Source of the DNA: Folioceros fuciformis
Taxonomy: Eukaryota
Assembly (NCBI GenBank): GCA_049999805.1
Contig: JBNGIO010006316.1
Coordinates: 174,558-238,557 of the forward strand
Direction: 5' to 3'
Length of the DNA stretch: 64,000 bases
Part shown: piece after piece, positions 48,901 through 64,000 of the stretch
Numbering within the stretch: the stretch's first letter is position 1
Layout: every line of letters begins with the position of its first letter
The notes under the pieces: generated by a model
The model's input: only the letters and a program-made list of their open reading frames with translations
Told to the model about the DNA's origin: nothing
Database searches by the model: none
Position numbers and translations under genes: made by a program

Positions 48901-50782
48901 CGGTCACACAATGGATGGGTCACCTACGAGCAACCCAAACATGCTATGTCAGTTGAGAACCAAACACAGGCCGTTCCACACAATGCAATGTACGACAAGA
49001 CACCATTCAGCGGGTGACAGTACCCAACGGCGCAGCATGCGGGCACCAAATGGAGTGCGGGTGTGATCCATCAGCCAGAGGAGAGAATCTCTTTCTGTGT
49101 GATCTGCAGAGTTTTTAAAAATCTGCAAGAAAATGAGGTACAAAGGTGACTAAAGCTCGAATGCCCACAATTCTGTACATATTGCGGCACAGCGAACAGA
49201 ATCTATGTCCCAAGAGAGATAGGCAAACTTGCCCCCCCTAACGACATCAACGAAGGGAATGTGGGCTAACCTCAAGTTGCTGAATGACATTCGGAGCCAG
49301 GCTCATTTCAAACTTCGCAGACAGAGGTCGGAATGCTGTCTTGACAGAAAGCAGCTTCTCCAATCCAAACTCCTTCAAGTAGCGCACAGCAAGAGCCATA
49401 GCTTCACTGACCAAGTGGTGCAAGGGCACGCCGCCCTAATGCACCCCACCACACAGAAAGAAGGGACGTCAGGGAGTTAAGCAAGAACACGTCAAGGCCC
49501 CCTATCTTGCCAAGGACGGAATCCTCACCAGGTAGCCAAGAGATGGCTCCAGCGGGTCACCAGTCACCGCCATAACCGCGGGCAGGTCATCTTCGACATC
49601 TAATTTGTGCCGCGACACACATTGGAACCTGACCTGCTTAGACGGTCCAGAGTACCCCCGCAGCAGCTACAATAGGCAAGGAAGGGACTTCAGCAGCGCC
49701 TGTACGTGGTGCTTCACAACAGTAGCTGAATGCAAAGTGGCATACCTTCTCAATTGCGGGGGAGGCAGGTACAGCCAGCAGAATCTCGGCAGGAGACAGA
49801 GTAAGAAGAAGAGAACTCAGCTTAGCCAGAGAGCGCGTATCAGAGAAAAGTCCATGAAGTACGTCACCAGTGGCGGTATCCACGGCAACCACTCCAAGGG
49901 CAATGCCATCCGGCTCCTGCTCCCGGGCCCAGTCCTGCTCCGCCTGCTGAGGGGCGCAGGAGGTGCACATGAGATAGGAGGGGGGCAATTGGTCGCATTC
50001 AGGCAAACCCCCGGCCGCACCCAGCGTGGCGCGGGTGTAAAGCGCCGAGAGATGGCGGGAGAAGGGACCCAGCTTGTTGGGCCCATGAGCCTTGATTGCA
50101 GCAGTCTCAGTCTGGCGCACCACGCCGACCTTGTACCCCGCCTCAACCAGACGCCGCACGTGCACGTGCAGGCGGAAAGTGGGAATGCTGGCAGTGAGGA
50201 AACTGTGGTCGGTGTGAGCCACGATTCCCAGCACGCGGGCAGCAACCTCGGCATCCTGGTCGAAGAACCTGTACTTGTACCCAACTTCCACCAGCAGCAG
50301 CACGTCGGGGTGCTTGGCCTTGAGCTCCACTACCTGTAAATGAAATTCCACCTGCTGGGTCAGGCTCAGGAGAGCAACCCACAACCATCCAGGCAGCATC
50401 TACCCACACCCACCTGGGCCTCCAGCGGCGTCAGGTCCTGGTTCTGGCTTCGCGCGCCCGGATCCTGCCCTTCCCGCTCGCGCTCCTGCGCACCCAGTCT
50501 CCTCACGAATCTTGCATGCCTGTCGCTCGCACTTGGCAAAAGAGCGGGAGCTGCTGCCGGTGAAGCTGCTCGCTTGCGCTTGCGGGGAGAGCGGGGAGGC
50601 CATGACACCTGGACTGCATCACCGGTTGCCGAGGCAGAGGCGGAACCCGAGCCCCTCGCCGGGACAGAGCTACAAGGCGCCGAGGCAGAAGCAGGTGCCG
50701 GGGAAGGCGACGACGCGTTCCCGGAGCTGCTCTTGCTGCTGCTTACGGGAGCGAAGAATCGCGACAGTACTTGCTGCCGCAT
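45914..50782 (-). CDS. MSH3: DNA mismatch repair protein MSH3; multi-exon
   Basis: PIP-box-like [32 protein letters not shown] (the MSH3-type GYKY), [25 protein letters not shown], Walker [12 protein letters not shown], Walker [22 protein letters not shown] and [10 protein letters not shown]. Confidence 0.96.
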
Positions 50783-50898
50783 ACCGATATCGTGCTTTCG
50801 GTCCGGGCTCGACTCGATACCGAATATATCGACGCCATGGTTTACTTAGTAGCTACTTACTGCATTCTTGTACATGGTATGGATCCAGGCCGTCATTC

Positions 50899-54602
<3,704 letters not shown>

Positions 54603-54779
54603 CAGGCCTTCCCACATCACTTGCAGGACTTTCCATACGAACCGCCAGATGTGACACAGTAGCGACAGGAGTAGCAACCATTCATGTGGACCATTTTTTC
54701 ATGATGTACAGTTGGTAGATCGTCCATTTATCCAGCTTGTGGGAAACAATGGACAAGTTAGCCACATTGAAGGAAGCAT

Positions 54780-57700
54780 TTAACAGGGTGTGGAAGGTGA
54801 GCTCAGGAAGAATTTGGTGTTGCTGTAATCTTCAAGGAGAGGATTGAAACCATCTTTCGCTTCCATCTTGCTTATGTCCGCAAATAATGTCATGAAGTTG
54901 GAACAACTAACCTGACAACAGTTGTTTACGATCCTGAGAATCGTTATCCACAAGCCAGGGAAAATAAACAAGAGATCCTGAGAACTACAGGGGCGCCACA
55001 GAACAGCTCAGGAAAATACAGTCAGTGGATAGGTTGAGAAGCTTCCTTACGATTCTTGAAATGCGCCTCTCACAAGGTTTGGACACATCATCATTCACTG
55101 CAGTCCGAGTAGAGCAATGACGGTCTAGTTGCTGCAATAAGGTAAAATCGGTTGGGAAAAAGATGTCTCCATCTCCCTGAACGTGACCACATTGGACTTA
55201 GTACCCAATGCCAAAGTTTAGTACATCCTGCAAGAACCCGCTACCGAAGTTTGCTGCATGACATATCTAAAAGAGCACCATGCCGGGAAATCCAAGCCCC
55301 TGAGGAATCGTATTGCGCCCGAATCAGAACCGTGACAAGCTAACCTTTGCATCAAGATATGTCGCATAATCTTCAGTGTGACCGTCCCTCTGTACTCACA
55401 AAAAAGGGTTAAGAAACCCGCTGATACAAAGAGATCAAAACCTAACACGCAAAACAATATAAATGCTGGAAAGCGAAAGAGAGGTGTAGATTTCATGCTC
55501 TCTGGCTCACACGGGGCTCTCTGTAAGTGGTGAACACCACAACCTCCAACGAAGGTAAACAACAGACGAATCTGACGTCAAGACTGAATTTCCCACATAC
55601 CTTACTTGCTACCAGGGGCGCTCCTTTGCCAGCCACAGTCACACCCGGCAAGAAACTGAAATCTGCTGCAATTAAACTCATGGTGGGCCGTGCGTCATGC
55701 AAAACATCCAGTAATTGCTGCTAGCACACAGCACAGAGACTCTTACAACTCCACTACGTGGATAGCAGCATTGCAAATTCCGTCGACAGATAAAAGTTCC
55801 AAAAATAGCAACAAAGGTTCTTGAGAGCCAGCAAAGTCGCTCCAGAACACTCAACAGGTGAAGTACTTACCAGACATCCAGTTGGAATCCAGAAAAGCTC
55901 AGACTTGGGCCGGAGCCTCGGAACTAATCTTTTGACAAAATCAAACCAGCTGGTACTTCCACTAGCATTATCGCCAAAGATGTTTAGAAATTGCTTTATC
56001 AGAGGATCTTGTAAAGGACGGAGGGTTTCAAAAGCTTTACCCCTGTTAAACGAGACAGCCATGGAGCGCAAGTTCACAACAACTATTGACATGGGACCAT
56101 GAATAAGAGTCCATCCTCAAAAGAATGGGTGTGCGAAACCAATCCACAAAGCACAAGAAAGCATACTCAAGCCCGTTTTGAGAGATAACAACTTCCATCC
56201 ACGAGGATAACCGAGAAGGTTTGCAAACCAGGTCATGAGGAAGATTATCTAGAACCTGTGAAAGAATCAAACAATGGACTCAGTTGTATGGAGAAGACTG
56301 TTCACTGTGAGCGAACTGTGAAGTGGCTGTGTACCTCCAACATGATAATAAAACATGGTTGAGCGTCCACAGAACCTGCACAGTAAGTGCTTTTCTAAGA
56401 CTGAATCACTTCACCTTAATATTGACATCCACGACCTCTTATTATACACAGCCAAGCACACCGGGTCATCGATCTCAGCCTTCTTGGCCTAACAATTGCT
56501 CACCCCATCCATCTCTCTGCAATGCGCTTCGGTTCTCCACGTGATATCTCGTTGTATGGCTTCGAACTGTTCCCAACCGAGCGATCTGCTTGTCTGCTAA
56601 GGGCCTACTGATCTCCACGGATCTGCCATTGCACAATAACCAGTACTGAGGCTGCATGCATTCCAAGAAAGCATTGCCATCATATCATTCTTAAGATGCG
56701 TAAACTCACGTGTAGCTCATGCTCTCATACGCTGATGGTGCACGAGCTTTTATGTAGTCAAGAACGTCCAGAGCACACCTGCCTGTACCACCTCCAATCT
56801 CATAGATCTGCATTTGGAGACGTTCCAACAGGGCATGGCATAAGCAGCACAGTGGATGTCCTTAGGCCCGTGCAACTTTACTTTAGTCTCGATGGACACA
56901 CATTCATGATGAATGCAAGTCAGGCCCATCAATAAACCACTGAAACGAGGTCTTAAAACAAACCAATCCCAAAGCAGACCAGCTTTCCACGCCTATTGAT
57001 CCATACCTTCAAAGGTGCTTTGGGGTTGAAAGTCCGCAGAATGTACTCCCCAATAGCAAATCCGTACCAAGGCTAAGTTCACATCACGATATACACATGA
57101 CCGTACTGAATTACAAAAGCTATGCAGTGTTTTTGCACAAGAACAGCTCGCCACTGAATGGGGAACCCTCGAATGCTCCTTCCAATTGGTAGCCCTCACA
57201 AACCTGGAAAAGTTCAACAGGAGTGAACCAAGAGCTACCGCTCCTCTTGTATATATCCTCCAACGATTGAATGTAATCATGCCTTCCTGCATACATCTAG
57301 CCCATGGCTCTCAGTATCAATCACCTCCAGCAAAAGGTAAACCAAGCACCCACAACTTTCCCAACATAAAAAAAGCAGTCACTTCACTTTCCATTTGACG
57401 GAGAGGTTATACACCAGTGGACCAGATATGAACTATTGAGCATGGCAAGGGCATACAACCTGAGAAACGGTTGAACTCAATTGGGTGCTCCAGTGTACCA
57501 ACAACCTCTGGATTGGTGGTAAAATATCCAGAATCAGCTTGGTACAGGGCAGAGTGTATGAAGTCCCGGACCTGTTAGACAGACCAACAACTGACGAGTC
57601 TCAGGAAACTCTAAAATGAAGAAGTCACGCAGATTCTTCAGGAGCATGACGTGTCGATTGCTTAAATGCGAACTCGCCAGAAAAATACTTTCAGAAATTC

Positions 57701-58200
57701 AATCGGCCACTCATGCTTCCATCTGATCCATGGCACTGACTTGTTGTACTGCCTGCAACCATCTTCCCACATTCCTGCGTCTACTACCTCGCATGACATG
57801 CAATACTCACTAATACGGAACTGTCGTCTGGATTAGGTGGTTCTATCTTTGCAGCTGAAAAGTTCCTCAGTTGAACTCGCTTCGACACCTCCTCTGATTT
57901 TAGCGTACCTGAAAGCATCCACAAGGTAAGGCTGAGAACTGGTGATTGGAACTGACAATCCGTCTTATTCAGGATGAGGTGCTCGTTAGCTTGGACTACA
58001 ACATGGTGAGCCGAATACAGCTGCGAATCACACCAAATTGTGGCCCGCATATGACAAGTGTGCATACAAGACCAAGCAGAATTGTGCGCTGAAGTCGACT
58101 CAACCGCTGCGGAGATAAATCCCCGAACGCCATAAAACTTGCAGATTAGACGCTGAGCGAACGCTAGTGCCGCTTGGCGCCCCCCCATTGCCGCAGGCAT
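54780..58200 (-). CDS. NDUFAF7: Mitochondrial protein arginine methyltransferase NDUFAF7/MidA homolog; multi-exon
   Basis: VRDFIHSALY...GYF, WFTPVELFQPWYG, IYEIGGGTG (SAM motif), SVEIS, MLEVLDNLPHDL, WIPTGC, LIAADFSFLP, GDGDIFFPTDF and DGFNPLLEDYSNTKFFLS. The first exon boundary is uncertain. Confidence 0.9.
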
Positions 58201-58581
58201 GACTCCAATGTGGTCAGCCCCAGGAAATTGGAGCGTCCTTGGAACCCATAAGCTTTTAGGAAAGAGACAGATTTGAATGTAACTACATGTCTAGCTGCTG
58301 GTGCCCTGGCTGCTGATCCTCGGGGCTGCTTTGTCTGGAAGCGCCCCTTGTCCAGTGCAGCGTAATTGCGGCACCCAGCAAGACGGGATCGACACATCTC
58401 CTCCAGAATTCCAAACAGTCACAGGACCGTCTTGAGGCAGGTGACGGCTTACCCCGAAATCTCGACCGCAGGTGCAGGGAATTGTGTATGCCTTCATGTC
58501 CCATGGACTGGCTGGAGATGACCCGTTGTTGGATGAGTCCAGTATCGTGTGCTTCTGACCACGCCCTGGCCATGTCTGCAA

Positions 58582-61293
58582 ATGGGAATAGCAAGGGCAG
58601 CGCTGGTGGGCGTCAGGTTCTGTGCTTGTACTCTTCAGTCAGCTCGGAGTCAATTTCAAGCCTTGGGTATGTCATGGGAGGTCCGCAGGACAGTGAGTTT
58701 CTTGTTCTTTGCAAGAGGGATCGCCGAGCACATGCTTGGGCCTGGCGGCAAAAGCAGCATGCCTTTTGCAAGCGTGGTGTGGCCAATTGTGTGTATTCGA
58801 CATGATTCCTTTCACGGATTGAGCACAGGATCGAGGATTGAACAGTTCAATGAGATATGCCAGGCCATGGAGCGTGGATTCCCTGTTTCCTCCACCACTT
58901 TTCACCATTTGCTGCAGAGATGCATAAGAGAGGTCGATTTGGACATGGGCAGGCAGGTGCATGCTCTTATCACCGCCTGTGGACTTCAATCAAGCAGCTT
59001 TTTGGGACACCAGCTGATTTGCATGTACTCTACTTGTGGGTATCTAAGGGGAGCGCAAGACGTGTTCCGAAATCTGCCTTCACCAGATAGATTTGTATGG
59101 TGTGCTGCTATACTGGCACATTGCAAGCATGGAGAGGCAAATCAGGCTATCAGCTTGTACAGCAAAATGCGTGAGTCCTACCTGGTACCGGATGAGTATA
59201 TTTTCGTAGCTGTGCTAAAAGCCTGTGCTAGTGCTCCAGCACTTTCGGCCGGCAAACGGATTCATGGGGATCTTCTGGAATATGGTTTTGAGTCGAATGC
59301 ATTTGTCAGCAGTGCTCTCGTGGACATGTACGTAAAATGTAATTGTGTGGAGGAGGCACGGAAAGTTTTTGACAGGCTGTCCACCAGAGATGTCGTCAAT
59401 TGGAATGTCATGCTTGCAGGGTATGCTCAACATGGAGATTTTCATGAAGCTCTAGAGCTCTTCGGTGACATGCAGGAGGCAGGCATGCAGCCAAACCAGC
59501 GCACGCTCGTTAGCATCTTGAAAGCTTGTTCAAGCACAGCAGCTTTGGATGACGGCAAGCTGCTCCACTCACTGATTACGAAGTGCGGGTTTGAGAAGGA
59601 TGTGTTTGTAGGCAGCACTCTCATTAACATGTATGCAAAATGTGGGAGCTTAGATGAGGCACGCACCGTGTTTGACAAAATGCCGAAGAAGAACTCTGTA
59701 TCATGGAATGCTATGATTGCAGGCTATGCACATCATGCAAGTGGCTTTGAGGCGATGTCGCTCTTCCAGCAGATGCAGATGGAGGGCTTGCAGCCTGACC
59801 ATCGCACGGTGGTCAGCATGTTGAAGGCATGTTCCAGCATAGCAGCACTGGACCAGGGAAGTCTTCTCCATGGTTACATGATGCGAACTGGCTGTGAGCC
59901 TGACATCTTTGTCAGCAGTATTCTCATTGATATGTACGCAAGTTGTGGAAGCCTTGAGGATGGCCGGAGAGTATTTGACTCCCTGCCAGCAGAATCTAAG
60001 GATGTGGTCATCTGGAATGTAATGATCGCAGCCTATGCTGAGCAGGGGTGTGCACAGGAGGCATTTAGACTTTTGCAACAGATGCAAGCAGAGGGCTTGC
60101 AACCAGATCAGAGCACATATGTGGGGCTCTTGAATGGTTGTTCAATCGTCGCAGCGGTAGATCTAGGGAAGTTGATCCACGCCCTTATTTCTGAAAGTGG
60201 TTACGTTGCAGATGAGTTTGTTGGAAATACACTTGTCGACATGTATGCCAAATGTGGAAATGTACGACAGGCGAGAAAATTGTTTGATGAGTTAGTGCGA
60301 AAGAATTCTGTGACATGGAATTCCATGATCGCTGGATATATACAGGAAGGCAGTGGGCAGGAGGCGATTAACCTCTTCCAGCAGATGCTAAAGGCGGGTA
60401 TCCAGCCAGACCAGGCCACTCTTGCAAGCATCTTGAAAGCATGTTCTACTACGGCAGCTCTGGGCCAGGGTAAAGTGCTTCATGAGTATATAGTGGAAAG
60501 CGGCTTCGACTCGGACTTGGTTATCTGCAGTTGCCTCATTGACATGTATGCAAAGTGCGGGAGTCTGGATGATGCACACAGACTTTTTGATAGCTTGCCT
60601 ACCAAAAATCTGGTTTCTTGGAACGCCATTATTTCAGGATGTGCCCAGCACGGGCATGCCCAGGAGGCACTGGATCTGTTTGGACAAATGAGGGAGGCTG
60701 GTGTGCAGCCAGACAGCATCACATTTGTGTGCTTGCTCAGTGCATGCAGCCATGCTGGCTTGCTGGCTGAGGGTCGCCAGCTCTTCCAATCCTTGACCCA
60801 GGACTTCTCCATAACTCTGGAGCTGGATCACTATGCATGCATTGTCGACCTCCTTGGTAGATCAGGCCATCTTGAAGAGGCGGCCGACTTTATTGGCACT
60901 ATGACTTTGCAACCACACCTTGTCATATGGAAATCCCTGCTATCAGCTTGTCGGACTCATGTATGTGTCCAGCTGGGACGACGGTCGTTTGAGGCCATTT
61001 TGAGGCTTGACGGGACAACTGCTGCTCCATATATTCTCATGGCAGATATATACAGGGCAGCTGGCATGTTCGACGAGGAAGCAGAGATACGGAAGCAGAT
61101 GTTATCTAGTCGTGTGTTGAAGGAACCCGGTCGAGCCTGGATAGAGTCCAACGGCGAGGTCCACATCTTCATGTCACAGGATCAGCATCACCCCGAACGA
61201 AGGCTTATATATGCAGAGCTTAGAAGGTTGTTGCAAGCTTGTGCTAGGTGGAAACCGAAGGTCGGGAAGGCAACTTCGAACACACAACTCTGA
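58582..61293 (+). CDS. PLS-class PPR protein, E1-E2 plus truncated E+ (organellar RNA-editing factor type), intronless
   Basis: 20 P/L/S motifs ending in P2-L2-S2, then E1/E2, KEPGRAWIE and VHIFMSQDQHHPE. No HxE or CxxC deaminase motifs. The first in-frame ATG is 58582; the true start is uncertain. Confidence 0.95.
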   Translation: MGIARAALVGVRFCACTLQSARSQFQALGMSWEVRRTVSFLFFARGIAEHMLGPGGKSSMPFASVVWPIVCIRHDSFHGLSTGSRIEQFNEICQAMERGFPVSSTTFHHLLQRCIREVDLDMGRQVHALITACGLQSSSFLGHQLICMYSTCGYLRGAQDVFRNLPSPDRFVWCAAILAHCKHGEANQAISLYSKMRESYLVPDEYIFVAVLKACASAPALSAGKRIHGDLLEYGFESNAFVSSALVDMYVKCNCVEEARKVFDRLSTRDVVNWNVMLAGYAQHGDFHEALELFGDMQEAGMQPNQRTLVSILKACSSTAALDDGKLLHSLITKCGFEKDVFVGSTLINMYAKCGSLDEARTVFDKMPKKNSVSWNAMIAGYAHHASGFEAMSLFQQMQMEGLQPDHRTVVSMLKACSSIAALDQGSLLHGYMMRTGCEPDIFVSSILIDMYASCGSLEDGRRVFDSLPAESKDVVIWNVMIAAYAEQGCAQEAFRLLQQMQAEGLQPDQSTYVGLLNGCSIVAAVDLGKLIHALISESGYVADEFVGNTLVDMYAKCGNVRQARKLFDELVRKNSVTWNSMIAGYIQEGSGQEAINLFQQMLKAGIQPDQATLASILKACSTTAALGQGKVLHEYIVESGFDSDLVICSCLIDMYAKCGSLDDAHRLFDSLPTKNLVSWNAIISGCAQHGHAQEALDLFGQMREAGVQPDSITFVCLLSACSHAGLLAEGRQLFQSLTQDFSITLELDHYACIVDLLGRSGHLEEAADFIGTMTLQPHLVIWKSLLSACRTHVCVQLGRRSFEAILRLDGTTAAPYILMADIYRAAGMFDEEAEIRKQMLSSRVLKEPGRAWIESNGEVHIFMSQDQHHPERRLIYAELRRLLQACARWKPKVGKATSNTQL

Positions 61294-61326
61294 ATCTGAA
61301 ATGCACATTTCATCTCTGCTTACATT

Positions 61327-64000
61327 TTACGTCGTCGCTGTATTCGATTTACTTGCCTGGTCATCAGAATGGAAACATCTGTGGTGGCCCTGTTCACAAA
61401 CGCTTTCAGCCTTGAAAGATGTCATATCCTTTGGTGAAATGTTGGCTTCTCTACGAACCGATTGGTTTATTTCAGCCCTATTCAGGATTGATTCGTCATT
61501 GGGATGCAATTTCTGCCCAACCAAAAAACTATGAACCATTCCGTCTCTGTCTGTCCACCAGCTCAGACCCGGTTGCTTCCAAGCCTTGATGTGTATTCTC
61601 CTTGTGCGCATCTCCTGCGCCTCCTCCCACATCTGGGCACCAGTGAATATAGTTGACATCAACACATACGCTGCAGGGTCATCGTTGTCTAGAGTCACTG
61701 CTTGGTTGAAAGCATGGTAGCCCATGTCGACATTGCCCCACTTACGGCAAGCACTCATCAGAGTGTGCCAAACTGCAGCATTAGGGGGAACAGGCAGTGC
61801 CTTTATCAAACCCAGTGCCTCATCTAATCGCCCGGCACGGCCCAGGACATCCACCATGCATGTGTAGTGATCCACCGTGGGAGTGATGCCATACTGTCTG
61901 CTCATAGCTTCAAACCACTCTCTTCCCTTGCTCACTAGACCTGCATGACTGCAGACAGTTAGTACACTAAGGAAGGTTATGCCGACTGGCTGTATACCAT
62001 ACCCTTTCATTTTTTTTACCAGATCGAAGACCTCCTCACTGTCTCCTTGGCAGGTGTAGCCTGCGATCAGTGCACTCCACACAGCGACATCCTTTTTGGG
62101 CATTGTATCGAACACCTGCTGTGCATCAACCATGCTCCCAGCCTTCCCGTACATGTGTATCAAACTTCCAGCCACTAACGGATCCACGTGCAGCCCCTTT
62201 TCTTCAATCTGTGCATGCAGTTGCCTTCCCAGATGCAGAGCAGCCACATTTGCACAAGCCTGCAGGAGGCACACAAATGTCAAGGAATCAGGAGCAGCAA
62301 TGTCTTCTTCCTTCATAGCCATGTAAAGACGAAGCGCTTCCTGGCCCATGCCTTGCTGGGAATAAGCTGCTATCATGACATTCCACGTCACCACATCTTT
62401 TTCGCCAAGTCCGTGAAACACTTTGCGAGCATCTTCGAGGCTGCCACACTTTGCATACATGTTTATTAAACTGTTGGCTACAAATACAGCTTCACGTCCA
62501 CCTTGTGGAATTTGCGCATGAAGTTGCTTTCCCGTCTCGAGCGCTGGGGTGCCCACACTTGCACATGCCTGCAGGAGACACACAAATGTCACAATATCAG
62601 GTACAGCAATGCCTTCTGCTTGCATGAGATTGTAGAGATGAAGGGCTTCCTGGCCCATGCCCTGCTGGGAATACCCTGCTATCATAGCAGTCCACGTCAC
62701 TACATCCTTTTGACCGAGAGCCTCAAACACTCTCTGAGCATCTTCTAAGCTGCCACACTTCGCGTACATGTTCACCAGACTGCTGGCTACAAACACATCA
62801 GCCCCATGTCCGTGTTGTGTGATTTCTGCATGAAGCTGCTTCCCCTCCTCCAACGCTTGGGTGCCCACACTTGCACATGCCTGCAGAAGGCGCACAAACG
62901 TAACAGAATCAGGTATAGCAACACCGTCTCGGTGCATAGAACTGTAAAGATGAAGAGCTTCCTGGCCCATACCCTGCTGGGAATACCCTGTGATCATGGA
63001 ATTCCACGTTACCACATCCTTTCGACCAAGCCCATCAAACACCCTTTGAGCCTCATCCAAGCTGCCACACTTTGAATACATGTTTACCAGACTACTGGCC
63101 ACAAATATATCAGCTTCAATTCTCCGATCCCGGACTTGTGCATGAAGCTCCCTCCCCTTCTCCAAAGCTGGGGGGCCCAGACTTGCACATGCTTGCAGGA
63201 GGCACGCAAATGTGACAGAATCAGGTCCCACAATGCCTTCCTCTTGCATCGCAGAGTATAGACGAAGTGCTTCCTGGCCCATAGCATTCTGGGAATACCC
63301 TGCTATCATGGCATTCCAAGTCACCACATCCTTTTGGCCAACCCCGTCAAACACACTTTGGGCGTCTTCCAAGCTGCAGCATTTCGCATACATGTCTACC
63401 AAGCAATTGCATACAAACAAGTCGCCTTCAACTCCAGTAGCCAACGCGTCAGCATGCACCTGCAGCCCAGTCCGTAAGTCTAATGCCCTGGCACAGGCCT
63501 GCAGGGCTGCAACAAACAGATGGCCGTCTGGCTTCACGCCTGACCTGCGCATCCGATGATACAGCTGTATGGCCTGCTTGTCCTTGCCCAGTTTAACATG
63601 CGCAGATATTATTGAAGACCACATGAAGGCATCTGGTTGGACAACCGCTTCCAGAACATCCGTCGCGTTTTGCAATCTGCCCTGAAAGGCATACATGCGC
63701 AGGATGTGGTTGGACAAGAAGGTATCCGACTGGTACCCCATTCTTACCGAGAAAGCATGGACACGCCGACCCCGAACAAGGTCCTTCTCCAGTATACATC
63801 TCTTCAGCAAAGAGTACAAGAGGGATTTGGAAATGCCGCATTCTGTCTTCACCAGAACTCCTAATCCCTCGACAGCCTCCCGTAGACTTCCCTGATGACA
63901 TAGCTTGCTCACTGCTTCAGCTCTTAAGCCCCCTCGGTATCCTTCCCCACGTCCACGGTTCGCAGAGCGAGCTACGAGGACGCGCTCAGCCCAGCTTCCC
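61327..64000 (-). CDS. PLS-class PPR protein with WW-type PG box and truncated DYW; 5' end lies beyond the window
   Basis: The frame is open from the window edge. It carries PLS triplets, P2-L2-S2-E1-E2 and WKQPGLSWWTDRDGMVHSFLVG, with no HxE motif. Confidence 0.95.
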   Translation of the reverse strand, partial: GSWAERVLVARSANRGRGEGYRGGLRAEAVSKLCHQGSLREAVEGLGVLVKTECGISKSLLYSLLKRCILEKDLVRGRRVHAFSVRMGYQSDTFLSNHILRMYAFQGRLQNATDVLEAVVQPDAFMWSSIISAHVKLGKDKQAIQLYHRMRRSGVKPDGHLFVAALQACARALDLRTGLQVHADALATGVEGDLFVCNCLVDMYAKCCSLEDAQSVFDGVGQKDVVTWNAMIAGYSQNAMGQEALRLYSAMQEEGIVGPDSVTFACLLQACASLGPPALEKGRELHAQVRDRRIEADIFVASSLVNMYSKCGSLDEAQRVFDGLGRKDVVTWNSMITGYSQQGMGQEALHLYSSMHRDGVAIPDSVTFVRLLQACASVGTQALEEGKQLHAEITQHGHGADVFVASSLVNMYAKCGSLEDAQRVFEALGQKDVVTWTAMIAGYSQQGMGQEALHLYNLMQAEGIAVPDIVTFVCLLQACASVGTPALETGKQLHAQIPQGGREAVFVANSLINMYAKCGSLEDARKVFHGLGEKDVVTWNVMIAAYSQQGMGQEALRLYMAMKEEDIAAPDSLTFVCLLQACANVAALHLGRQLHAQIEEKGLHVDPLVAGSLIHMYGKAGSMVDAQQVFDTMPKKDVAVWSALIAGYTCQGDSEEVFDLVKKMKGYGIQPVGITFLSVLTVCSHAGLVSKGREWFEAMSRQYGITPTVDHYTCMVDVLGRAGRLDEALGLIKALPVPPNAAVWHTLMSACRKWGNVDMGYHAFNQAVTLDNDDPAAYVLMSTIFTGAQMWEEAQEMRTRRIHIKAWKQPGLSWWTDRDGMVHSFLVGQKLHPNDESILNRAEINQSVRREANISPKDMTSFKAESVCEQGHHRCFHSDDQASKSNTATT

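Noticed and set aside
58120..58145. Possible fourth GC donor (ATCT|GCAAGT) in NDUFAF7 exon 1
   Set aside because: An in-phase GT donor exists downstream and the frame is open anyway, so this cannot be decided from sequence.

Overview
This is a gene-dense eukaryotic nuclear window from a land plant with short introns (mostly ~80-200 nt). PLS-PPR genes with a WW-type PG box and 37-aa L repeats point to a hornwort or fern-grade plant (inference). About 16 protein genes can be reconstructed by hand across GT-AG/GC-AG introns: an ALA3-like P4-ATPase, a Phi GST, CARB, an SGNH carbohydrate esterase, a plastidic glucose-transporter-like MFS protein, an organellar AsnRS, an uncharacterised Cys-cluster/coiled-coil protein, ataxin-3, a HAD-IIIB phosphatase, CLASP, WDR74/NSA1, MSH3, a MYST acetyltransferase, NDUFAF7 and two convergent E+ PPR editing factors. 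Non-genic islands hold a decayed copia gag, a decayed PIF/Harbinger element and several minisatellites; there are three N gaps. I found no self-contained novel multi-gene system. The best leads are: a MYST that looks MOF/KAT8-like rather than HAM-like and starts 116 bp from MSH3; two DYW-less PPRs whose stops are 33 bp apart; a Harbinger Myb ORF with a 7/11-residue repeat N-terminus cut off by one stop codon; the uncharacterised gene at 30.6-32.8 kb; and three GC-AG introns. All family assignments come from motifs I recognise, not from database searches.
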